Below, piece by piece: positions 25,401 to 35,961 of a stretch of 64,000 nucleotides of DNA. A program made the translations under genes and the position numbers. The notes under the pieces were generated by a model. The model was not told where the DNA came from. It saw only the letters and a program-made list of their open reading frames with translations, and made no database searches. Position 1 is the stretch's first letter; the number at the start of each line of letters is the position of its first letter. Origin of the DNA: Macrostomum hystrix (lineage: Eukaryota; Animalia; Platyhelminthes); NCBI GenBank assembly GCA_950097015.1, contig CATNEN010000039.1:6200001-6264000 (forward strand). The letters are read 5' to 3'.

Positions 25401-28400
25401 TCTTAGAAAACGAGCGCCTATTCCCAAATGTATCGAAGCCGCCGCTGGTACGCATTGATGCCAGGCAGTATCCCGTGACCGTGCACTTTAATCGGCGCAC
25501 GGAGGATGACTATTTGAGGGCCGCCTATGCCAAGGTGTGCCGACTGCACGCTTCTTTGCCGCCTGGCGGCGTCTTGGTCTTTGTGACTGGCGCTCAAGAG
25601 GTGAGTCGCAAAATCATTTTTTTTGTATTTTGTACTTTTATGTACTTTGTACTTTTGAGCAGTTTGCCATCAGAATGTACTTTTCAGCAGGCTAGCTCGT
25701 AGCATGTGGTTTAAATGGGTAGCTATTGGCACGTGAACATCTAAGTTGGCAGATATTTGCATTTACTTTTAAGCAAGTAGCTCGTGGTATATACTTTTAG
25801 GTTGGTGGGCTTTTTACAAGCACTTTTAGCTACTCATAATTGTTGGTTTTGATACATCCGTAGGGCCGTGTGTACTTTTAATACTCACCTGGACCATCTT
25901 AATGCACCTGATATTGTTTCTGCTTATAATACTCCAGGTAGTGACCCTAGCCTCCTGGCTGCGCCGTGCTTTTCGTAAGAAAGCGACGTCCACGACATCG
26001 ACGCCGGCCGACGCGGAAGCGGCCGCCGACGCGGCTGAGGAGCGCAGGCTGGAGATCTGCCTGGACAACTATTCGGCCGTGCCAGCCGACGAGGATGCCG
26101 AAATCAACGAGGCGCCGGTTGACGCAGAATTTCGCCGTGACGGTCGCCTACGCGTTGACGTCAACGATGACGTTGACGAGGATGATGAAGAGAGCGGCGA
26201 AGTCGACGCAGACGCCGAAGGCTTCGGACTTACAGACGAAGGCGCCGAGCCGACGGAGCGACTTCTGCGCGGCGCCGGTCCCGTCCACGTTGTCGGCCTC
26301 TACTCGCTGATGCCGCCTGACAGGCAGGCCCTTGCATTCCGCGACCCACCCGACGGTCATCGCATGATTGTTGTGGCCACAAACGTAGCGGAGACCTCCA
26401 TCACTATTCCCTGCGTGCGCTACGTTGTCGACACCGGACGGGTGAAGACTAAAGTCTACGACAAAATCACCGGCGTTTCCACTTTTGTTGTGACCTGGAC
26501 TAGCAAGGCTTCAGCTGAGCAGCGGGCTGGTCGGGCCGGCCGCCTAGGCCCCGGGCACTGCTACCGCCTGTACTCTTCTCAGGTGCGACCGCTTTGTTGC
26601 CTGGCAGAGAACTTGAGTATACAAAGTACTTAGGGTCACACCATGCGAATTTTATGTCCAGAAAAAGAACATTTCAAATTTTCCCATCTACCTAAGCATA
26701 CCTACCTAGACATGGATATATCTATCCATGCTATATATACATCCTCCCATGCAAAAATGCACCGCCCACGCAGTATATGCACCCGCCCACGCAGTATATA
26801 CATCCGCCCACCCAGTATATACATCCGCCCACGCAGTATATGCACCCGCCCACGCAGTATATACAACCGCCCACGCAGTATATACAACCGCCCACGCAGT
26901 ATATACACCCGCCCACGCAGTATATACATCCGCCCACGCAGTATATGCACCCGCCCACGCAGTATATACAACCGCCCACGCAGTATATACACCCGCCCAC
27001 GCAGTATATACACCCGCCCACGCAGTATATACAACCGCCCACGCAGTATATACATCCGCCCACGCAGTACGTACACATGTTGACACAATATGACCTCGTG
27101 ATCAAACGCTGCAGGTGTTCACTGACAGCTTCAAGGAATTCGCCGAGCCCGAACTGCTCACAAAGCCAGTAGACGAAGTTGTCCTGTTAGCCAAGCTCTA
27201 CGTGAACGATGTGCTGCACTTTCCGTTTCCCAATGCGCCAGACACCGAGGCCGTGGCCGCGTCTGAGGCTCGCCTAGTCCGGCTGGGCGCCCTGGACTCG
27301 CGCAAGCGCCTCACCCCGCAGGGCGCCCTGATGCGTCAGTTCCCGGTGTCGGCTCGCTTCGCCAAGATGCTGGTTGTGTGCGAACAGCAGGAGGACCTCA
27401 TCCCCTACGTCATCCTTCTGACGGCCTGTCTGTCCGTACCGGAAATCTTCATTGATCAGTCGAATAGTGGCGTCGACAAAATTGGTAACGAAGACGATCG
27501 CCTTGGCGACGTCGAGGCCGACGCTGAGAATAAGCGTCGAGCCAGAGCGTTCCGTCGAAGCTTTGCTCGCGCCGGTCAGGCCCTGTTGCTCGGCGATGTC
27601 ATGACGCTGCTGGGCGTGGCGGCCTGGTACGAGCGGCAGCTCACACAGCGGGGCCGCTCCGAGGCTGAATTGGCTGAGCAGCTGGCTGAGCTGGGCGTCC
27701 GGCATCGGGCTATCGGCGAGGTTCGAAAATTGCGCCGACACCTCACCGACATTGCTGCCAGATTGTTTGTTAAACGGCAGGCGAGTGACAAAAGACTAAT
27801 TAGATGACCACACTGAAGTAGACATTGTTGCTCCTGCCATTTACCGTCTTAGTGATTCGTCAATGATTTTATTTCAGATCTTCCTTGATCCCGCGCTTCC
27901 GCCGCCTCCCGAGCGAGTGTCTCTGCAGATGCGCCGCCTTCTGACCTCGGTGATGTCGGATCAGGTAAAATTGTGGTCTACATCTGTACAGCATCTCCCA
28001 CCCAGATGTACAGCATCTCCAACCCAGATGTACAGCATCTCCCACCCAGATGTACAGCATCTCCCACCCAGATGTACAGCATCTCCAACCCAGATGTACA
28101 TCTATACAGAATCTCCAACCCAGATGTACATCTTTACAGCATCTCCCACCCAGATGTACATCTGTACAGCATCTCCCACCCAGATGTAAATCTGTACAGC
28201 ATCTCCCACCCAGATGTACAGCATCTCCCACCCAGACATACAGCATCTCCCACCCAGATGTACATCTGTACAGCATCTCCCACCCAGATGTACAGCATCT
28301 CCCACCCAGATGTACAGCATCTCCAACCCAGATGTATAGCATCTCCCACCCAGATGTACAGCATCTCCCACCCAGATGTACATCTGTACAGCATCCTGAT

Positions 28401-28632
28401 CCCGTCCCAGGTGGCCACCCGCGTGCCCGAGAAGCCGCGCGCCTACCGCTGCCCCGGCTTGTCTGGCGACCTGTTCATTCATCCCAGCAGCGTGCTGGCC
28501 AAGGAGCTTCCGCCTGCGGTGCTGTTTCAGGAGGTGCACGAGTCGTCTCGCATGTTCATGCGCTGTGTCTGCACTGTGGACGAAGCCTGGCTGACAGGCC
28601 CGAGCAGCCGCACACAGGTGGACATTGTGTGA
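22450..28632 (+). CDS. DHX37: DEAH-box helicase DHX37/Dhr1, ~1055 aa; exons 22450-22943, 23296-23582, 23664-24052, 25223-25600, 25938-26582, 27115-27780, 27878-27964, 28411-28632
   Basis: N-terminal [10 protein letters not shown] and [18 protein letters not shown]; [17 protein letters not shown]; [45 protein letters not shown]; HA2 and OB-fold FIHPSSVL. All junctions are phase-consistent; intron 6 is GC-AG. Confidence 0.92.
22973..23220 (-). mobile_element. tRNA-derived SINE family A, DHX37 intron 1
   Basis: B-box GAGTTCGATTCC on the - strand; body shared with the 30183 and 36440 copies. Confidence 0.75.
24063..25068. repeat. 31-bp minisatellite (cagcaatatcccattcacacctgcatcccat), DHX37 intron 3
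   Basis: About 32 copies, starting ~10 nt after the donor. Confidence 0.95.
26758..27068. repeat. 21-bp minisatellite (ccgcccacgcagtatatacac), DHX37 intron 5
   Basis: About 15 copies. Confidence 0.95.
27978..28395. repeat. 22/30-bp minisatellite (cagcatctcccacccagatgta +/- catctgta), DHX37 intron 7
   Basis: About 16 copies filling almost the whole intron. Confidence 0.95.
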
Positions 28633-28869
28633 CACTCGATAAAAGTGCATTTCACTTTCAGCTAGCGATGCTAGTTAATTAAGCCACAATAATTGTCCCG
28701 ATTGCCGTTAGCAGTTCATTTTGACGTTTTTTAAGAAATAAAACTTGAAATTGAACCGCACTTTAGAACTGTCCATGCATTTCTTCTGCTATAGGAATGA
28801 GAAATTTTATTGTCTCCGATTGATTGGAATGTCAACTTTTATTTGATGCTAACGACTGTCACAGTGATC

Positions 28870-29563
28870 TTCTGGGTCAAGGCTCTCCCTCTGAGTCTTC
28901 AGTGCTGGGTCAAGGCTCTATTTTGAGTCTTCAGTGCTGGGTCAAGGCTCTCCCCTGAGTCTTCAGTGCTGGGTCGAGGCTCTCCCCTGAGTCTTCAGTG
29001 CTGGGTCAAGGCTCTCCCCTGAGTCTTCAGTGCTGGGTCGAGGCTCTCCCCTGAGTCTTCAGTGCTGGGTCAAGGCTCTCCCCTGAGTCTTCAGTGCTGG
29101 GTCAAGGCTCTCCCCTGAGTCTTCAGTGCTGGGTCGAGGCTCTCCCCTGAGTCTTCAGTGCTGGGTCGAGGCTCTCCCTCTGAGTCTTCAGTGCTGGGTC
29201 AAGGCTCTATTTTGAGTCTTCAGTGCTGGGTCAATGCTCTCCCCTGAGTCTTCAGTGCTGGGTCAAGGCTCTCCCCTGAGTCTTCAGTGCTGGGTCGAGG
29301 CTCTCCCCTGAGTCTTCAGTGCTGGGTCGAGGCTCTCCCCTGAGTCTTCAGTGCTGGGTCGAGGCTCTCCCCTGAGTCTTCAGTGCTGGGTCGAGGCTCT
29401 CCCCTGAGTCTTCAGTGCTGGGTCAAGGCTCTCCCCTGAGTCTTCAGTGCTGGGTCAAGGCTCTCCCCTGAGTCTTCAGTGCTGGGTCAAGGCTCTCCCC
29501 TGAGTCTTCAGTGCTGGGTCAAGGCTCTCCCATTAAGACTTTTGTGGTGAGTCAAGGCTCTCC
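28870..29563. repeat. 32-bp minisatellite (ctgggtcaaggctctcccctgagtcttcagtg)
   Basis: About 21 copies, downstream of the DHX37 AATAAA (~28737). Confidence 0.95.
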
Positions 29564-29911
29564 TCCGCTCCGGGTCTTCCGTGATGGGTCAATGACAGAT
29601 TTTTAATAATGAGTGAATAAATTTAATGCTTGTTGTATCCGTATTGTGACTTGGTGTCTAGCGCTGATTTAAGTGGTACCCTCTCTAAAAACTAATTCAC
29701 ATACCCGTAAGTGTGTCCGCAAATGAGATCTAGTGTCTCAGGGCTATATAAGCAATCATCTGAGAGCTGCTCATAAATCATTTCTAGCTGAGTGATGAAG
29801 GCTTTTGCCCTTTAAATGTAAAATCCTTTCACTTGTTTAATAATACTGAGCGCCCCTGTGTTCAATTTCCTTAATTAGCACTGATGACTGTTTTAAAGAA
29901 ACACTGGATGT

Positions 29912-30130
29912 ATTGCACGGCGCATCTGAAGGCTGCGTACAGCTGTTCAGTCCATGGACTGGGGGACGCCACACCCACCCTCAATTATCCCAGCTAATGC
30001 TGGTACCTATTTAACAGCAGGTTGAACAGACTTGAACAGAAGCAATGTTGAGCTTGGTGTCTTGCTAAAGGACACAAACCTTTGACCTTCAATTCGTAAG
30101 TCCGACGCGCTAAGCACTAGGCTAAAACTC
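29912..30130 (-). mobile_element. tRNA-derived SINE family B (CORE-like central domain)
   Basis: Homologous to 60616-60893. The - strand has A-box TAGCCTAGTG, gtgtcctttagcaagacac and ctgttaaataggtacc. Confidence 0.75.
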
Positions 30131-30182
30131 CTTAGCAGATGATTTATAGACTAGCAATCCATTCTATTAATAGTACATTCAT

Positions 30183-30438
30183 TAGTGACATTAGAACAGC
30201 AGCCAGCGAGGAGGCAATTCTGTCATTCCGCTGACTCTTGAGCACCCACGCACTCAGATACCGTGTGCAGGCACACGCTCACACAGGTGTGTACATCTGC
30301 CTTGACTTTCTCGTCGTCAGGCAGGTTACACTCTCTCTGTGTGTTAGGAGGTCGGCACTCAAGGACGTAAATTGCACGACAGGCCCTCAAGCAGGGACCT
30401 TGGTGCGAGAGGTAAACGCCTTATCCGCTCTGCCAGCC
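30183..30438 (-). mobile_element. tRNA-derived SINE family A
   Basis: Head TGGCAGAGCGGATAAGGCGTTTACCTCTCGCACCAAGGTCCC on the - strand; body shared with the other copies. Confidence 0.75.
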
Positions 30439-30974
30439 ATTCACAGAAGAAACCTTTTTTTCGGTTTAATATGATGATGCATTAAAAAGTGCTATTAAAA
30501 AATATAACTTTCAAGAACAAGTCGCCTAACTTACACACGGAGTTTCGTTCACAATGTACTGTTGGAATACTTTGGAATACGAAATGAAATCAAAGGCTCT
30601 CGACTGACATCAGGGAAGCATGTGACGGGTGACCAATCGAGTTCACAAGTTAACGATTCCCGGAGCGTGACCTCGTGAGCTGTTCGGGTTTGGTTTGATC
30701 GATTGGATCGCTTGAGCACTGTGCGAGCTGTTTCAGTTTACATATAAAAAATTGCTTCTTTGTTGGAGCAAGCTCTCTTCGCAATGTTAAAAACGAATAT
30801 CGGAAGGAAAAGACCAAGATTGATTGCTAAGCATTCAGTGAATCGACTGAATAGATTCAAAAATTGCTTAAAAACAAAAAAATCACTACGGTTACTAGCT
30901 GCTTTACACAACCAATTCGTTCTATTTATAGAATAACGCAAATCTCGCAATTGCGTTGAACGAACGCTCTTATA

Positions 30975-31195
30975 TCTATTTTTAGAAGTGTGCTTATCCG
31001 CTATGTATGCTCGCAGCCGTTCTATTTTTAGAAGCGGGCTTATCTGCTATCCGCTTTGTACGCTCGCAGCCGTTCTATTTTTAGAAGCGGGCTTATCTGC
31101 TATCCGCTTTGTACGCTCGCAGCCGTTCTATTTTTAGAAGCGGGCTTATCTGCTAGCCGCTCTGTACGCTCGCAGCCGTTCAATTTTTAGAAGCA
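30975..31195. repeat. ~53-bp tandem repeat x4
   Basis: ttctatttttagaagcgggcttatctgctatccgctttgtacgctcgcagccg. Confidence 0.85.
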
Positions 31196-31661
31196 TCTCT
31201 TACGTTAACCGTTAGACCGGCCTCTGGCCTCTAATGTCCTCTAATCGCAATTTAATCACGGAAACAAATTATTATCCATAAGCATGCACAGCTAATACTT
31301 TAAATAAAACTTGGCATTTTAAAGCTTCGATTCAAAACAATGATTAGCCAGAAAACGCGTGCCAGTAAATAGGCAATCTAACAAAGGAATGATGAGTAAA
31401 ATAATATGTTCTGCCTCCACTCAGGATAAGCAGCGATTCCAAAACTGAAGCTGCCACTGCTACTTTATCGATGGAATCGAATTGAATTTTTGGCCCAGAT
31501 TCCGAATGGCTAAATAACAGATATGAGTGATCTCGTTTGCTCTTGAATTGTTTACCCCCAGTGCGCCATGGCAACCGACAAAAGAAGGCTGCAGTTGCGA
31601 GCGAAATCCACCCATTATAAATAATGGCCCGCAAGCAAAAGCTAAAACTAGATTCAGCTTT

Positions 31662-31958
31662 CCTAGACGAATCTCATCATTCGTAGACGAATCTCATCAT
31701 TCGTAGACGAATATAATCATTCGTAGACGAATCTCATCATTCGTAGACGAATCTAATCATTCGTAGACGAATCTCATCATTCGTAGACGAATCTAATCAT
31801 TCGTAGACGAATCTCATCATTCATAGACGAATATCATCATTCGTAGACGAATCTAATCATTCGTAGACGAATCTCATCATTCGTAGACGAATCTCATCAT
31901 TCGTAGACGAGTCTCATCATTCGTAGACGAATCTCATCCCTCATAAACGAATATAAAT
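31662..31958. repeat. 20-bp minisatellite (tcgtagacgaatctcatcat) with an internal palindrome
   Basis: About 14 copies; attcgt-ag-acgaat hairpin across each junction. Confidence 0.95.
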
Positions 31959-32025
31959 CAGATTTCTATGCAAGCTACGATAGCTTGAAAGTAGGTTGCA
32001 TTTCACAAATTGATAGGCTCATATT

Positions 32026-32074
32026 TTGGGCTAGGGCTAGGGTTAGGGTTAGGGTTAGGGTTAGGGTTAGGGTT
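32026..32074 (+). repeat. Interstitial telomere-type tract (TTAGGG)n
   Basis: (ctaggg)2 followed by (ttaggg)5. Confidence 0.85.
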
Positions 32075-32576
32075 CAATTTGCGGCTTGGTTAATTTTTTG
32101 ACATTTGAGTTAAGCGAACACCTTGCTGCCAGAGTGAGCTGGCATAGATAAAGAAGTGCAAATAATGTCTGCATCATTCGCAATGTCCAGTCTCGCTTGC
32201 CGGTTGCAGAAGACGTTCGGTAAATAATTCAGTTTGTGCAGCTGCTGCATCGTCTGAGAATACAAAATTTTATTCAAGGGATAAATGGAACAAAAATGGA
32301 AGGAAGGCCAAACCGCAGCCACGAAGCGGAGGCAACTGCTCGAGTTGACTAATTATGCAATTATTAGTCTGGCTGCTTTCCTTAAAATACCCGTCGCCAC
32401 CTGAGTTCACTGGCAGATGGCATCTCAATACTGAGTGGATTAGAGTAGAGGACAAGGAGGTGAGATATTCCTGGGTATAAGATGATATGCATGTAGATTA
32501 GATTAGAGATCATGATAGTGCTGAGAAAAGCGTTCACAAGATGCCAGAGAGAAGGCCTGGAAGATATTAGAAAAGA

Positions 32577-33405
32577 GAGATTAGGACAGGTAAGAGATTA
32601 GGATAGGTAGGAGATTAGGATAGGTAAGAGATTAGGATAGGTAAGAGATTAGGACAGGGGGAGATTAGGACAGGGGAGATTAGGACAGAGGGAGATTATG
32701 ACGGGGGAGATTAGGACAGGGGGAGAATAGGATAGGGGGAGATTAGGACGGGGAGAATAGGACAGGGGGAGATTAGGACGTGGGGAGATTAGGACGGGGG
32801 AGATTAGGGCAGGGGGAGACTAGGACAGGGGAGATTAGGACAGGGGGAGAATAGGACAGGGGGAGATTAGGACGGGGGGAGAATAGGACAGGGGGAGATT
32901 AGGACGGGGGAGATTAGGACTGGGGGAGAATAGGATAGGGGGAGATTAGGACGGGGAGAATAGGACAGGGGGAGATTAGGACGTGGGGAGATTAGGACGG
33001 GGGAGATTAGGACAGGGGGAGACTAGGACAGGTTGAGATTAGGACAGGGGGAGAATAGGACAGGGGGAGATTAGGACGGGGGGAGAATAGGACAGGGGGA
33101 GATTAGGACGGGGGAGATTAGGACTGGGGAAATTAGGACAGGCGGAGATTAGGACGGGGGGGAGAATAGGACAGGGGGAGATTAGGACGGGGGAGATTAG
33201 GACAGGGGAGATTAGGACAGGGGGAGACTAGAACAGGGGAAGATCTAAATCTTGCTCTAAATCCGAGAGCAGGACGGGGAGATTAGGACTGGGGAAATTA
33301 GGACAGGCGGAGATTAGGATGGGGGGAGAATAGGACAGGGGGAGAATAGGACGGGGGAGATTAGGACAGGGAGATTAGGATAGATAAGAGATTAGGACAG
33401 GTGAG
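32577..33405. repeat. ~15-16-bp G-rich minisatellite (ggggagattaggaca)
   Basis: About 50 degenerate copies. Confidence 0.9.
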
Positions 33406-33769
33406 AGGTTAGTACGCTCGTACAGGGGAGCGATTAGGACAGCGAGAGAAATCTGTACAGAGTAACAGGACAATATTGAAGTATTGGGAGACATCCGGTG
33501 AGAGTGCTGTGCGAGTGGGAGGGATTTTGAATGGTATGCGAAATCGTCTCGGTTTTGCCGTTGGCTTAGAAACGGAAACATATCTAAGTGACAGTTGGGG
33601 TTTGAGAGTGAGTCGCTAAAAGTAGACCAACCGGCTAAAAATGGAAATACCAGCAGGGATTTGCAAAGCAATCGCGTGACTTTGATGAAAGACTTTGATG
33701 AGCTAGCTCGGCCCCCGGCCACTCTGCAGTGCCGAGATCATGTTGGATTCTTTCTGTGTCTAGCGAGCC

Positions 33770-34390
33770 CCAAATCCTTTCAGTACAGGATCTTGTATTC
33801 TGAATCCTTGCAGCTTAGGATTTTGAATCCCAAATCATTTTAGCTCAGGATCCAAACCCAAATCCTATCATTACAGGATCCTGAATCCCAAATCTTTTCA
33901 GTACAGCATCTTGAATCACAAAATCCTTTCAGTCAGCATCTTGAATCCTAAATCATTTCAGTACAGCATCCTGAATCACAAATCCTTTCTGTACAGGATC
34001 CTGAATCCCAAATCATTTCAGTACAGGATCCTGAATCCCAAATCCTTTCTGTACAGGATCCTGAATCCCAAATCATTTCAGTACAGGATCCTGAATCCCA
34101 AATCTTTTCAGTACAGCATCTTGAATCACAAAATCCTTTCAGTCAGCATCTTGAATCCTAAATCATTTCAGTACAGCATCCTGAATCACAAATCCTTTCT
34201 GTACAGGATCCTGAATCCCAAATCATTTCAGTACAGGATCCTGAATCCCAAATCCTTTCTGTACAGGATCCTGAATCCCAAATCATTTCAGTACAGGATC
34301 CTGAATCCCAAATCATTTCAGTACAGGATCCTGAATCCCAAATCATTTCAGTACAGGATCCTGAATCCCAAATTATTTCAGTACAGGATT
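33770..34390. repeat. 30-bp minisatellite (gtacaggatcctgaatcccaaatcatttca)
   Basis: About 20 copies. Confidence 0.9.
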
Positions 34391-35961
34391 TGGAAATCTT
34401 AGGATTTTAGAATCACAAGAATTACAGGACTCAAAATCCTCGACTATTTTTCAGGACTGATACAAATTATTTTTGTGAAATTCTTCAGCTCCTATTTATG
34501 TAACCGTAAGTTTTAATGATGTGAAAATGTATTTCTCTATTCTCAAACAGCTGCGGTGAGTTTAATATCCGATTCATTTTTATTTTGAATTGCTCGATGG
34601 GAAGCTTTTCCCAGCAAACGGACGCCCGCTTTCAAGATGTGATCAGCAAAAAATCGAGAGGAAATCAGGCAAAATGGAAAGCAAGGAGAACCATTGTTCA
34701 GTCAGGCCCGAGAATGAATTCATTGCTAAGCATAGGCAGTTTGAGCACACAATTTAAAACGAAGATGGTTATTGCTCTGAGTGATTGAATCTGTTCAATC
34801 CTGACAAATCCAGAAAAAAATCACAAATTTGTTTGAAACAACAAGTCGAGCTTTTTTTTCAAATATACTCGGGATAACATTTATTAGAATTCAGAAATGC
34901 AATAATCTTGATATTATACAGTTTCTCATATGCATGAGAAAGAGCTAAAATATTTGGGAAATTATATATTCTATTCAAAGAATATTTCATTTTGCATTGC
35001 TGTTATTATGATACATACTTAAATTTCGCTACCGTACATTAACCGTTACATTTATCGCAACTTTTGCTTAACTTTACCCACTCAATCTCTAAATTGTGAA
35101 TTCTGCACAGATGATTTTCGTGACAAATTTTAATTTAAAAAAATCGTACAAACATAAATGTACTTTTACATAAAGCAACGGCATAATAATTGATATCGTT
35201 ACTTTTACTTGTTGCTCTACTACGTTCATTTCATTACTTATTTTTATAAATTGGCTACTTTTAAATAATTTTTTATATAAACTAGCGAAGTAATATTTAC
35301 TCCGAGTATTTAGCACATTCTGACCACTTTTATCAATACTTTGAGCATAAAAAATATCGCCACCCACGTGTAAATATCGTTACTTTTTTAGAAATCTGAA
35401 CTAGCCATTTAATAAGAGCAGAACTTTGAAGCATATGATGAGGTTTCTTAGCGAGTTCAGCGCAGTACAAAGTATGCACATGTGAGTGGATTAGTACACG
35501 AGTATATTTAATTCTCATTGTGTAGAAATGGCAGCATGCGAGCTGTTTCATAGAAATTCATAGAAATTCATAGAAATTCACAGAAATTCATAGAAATTTC
35601 CATGCAAATGCCAAATGCCGCACCGAATCTCAAATCTGATTGGGCTGGAGGCCCGGCTAATCCCATGGCCATTCACAGCAAGAGATTAGCTGCATGGCGC
35701 TGGAGTCCATGGCGCGAGAACAAGGTAGCGGGAGCTTAATGGGAATGGCAGGTGTGAGTTTAGGCGGAGGTGAAAGCGACTAAACAAACCCTCTGAGGGG
35801 ACAATGAATCAGGCGTGGCAACAAAACTGTAAATTGTACTTTTAATTTAAGAGAAAAGTGTGGCGCAAATACTCGGTGTTAGACACGAGGCTGTTATTCT
35901 AAAAGTACAATTACAGCAGCGGAGAGGCGGAGGTGGAACCAGTAGCTAATAAGTTTAGCAG

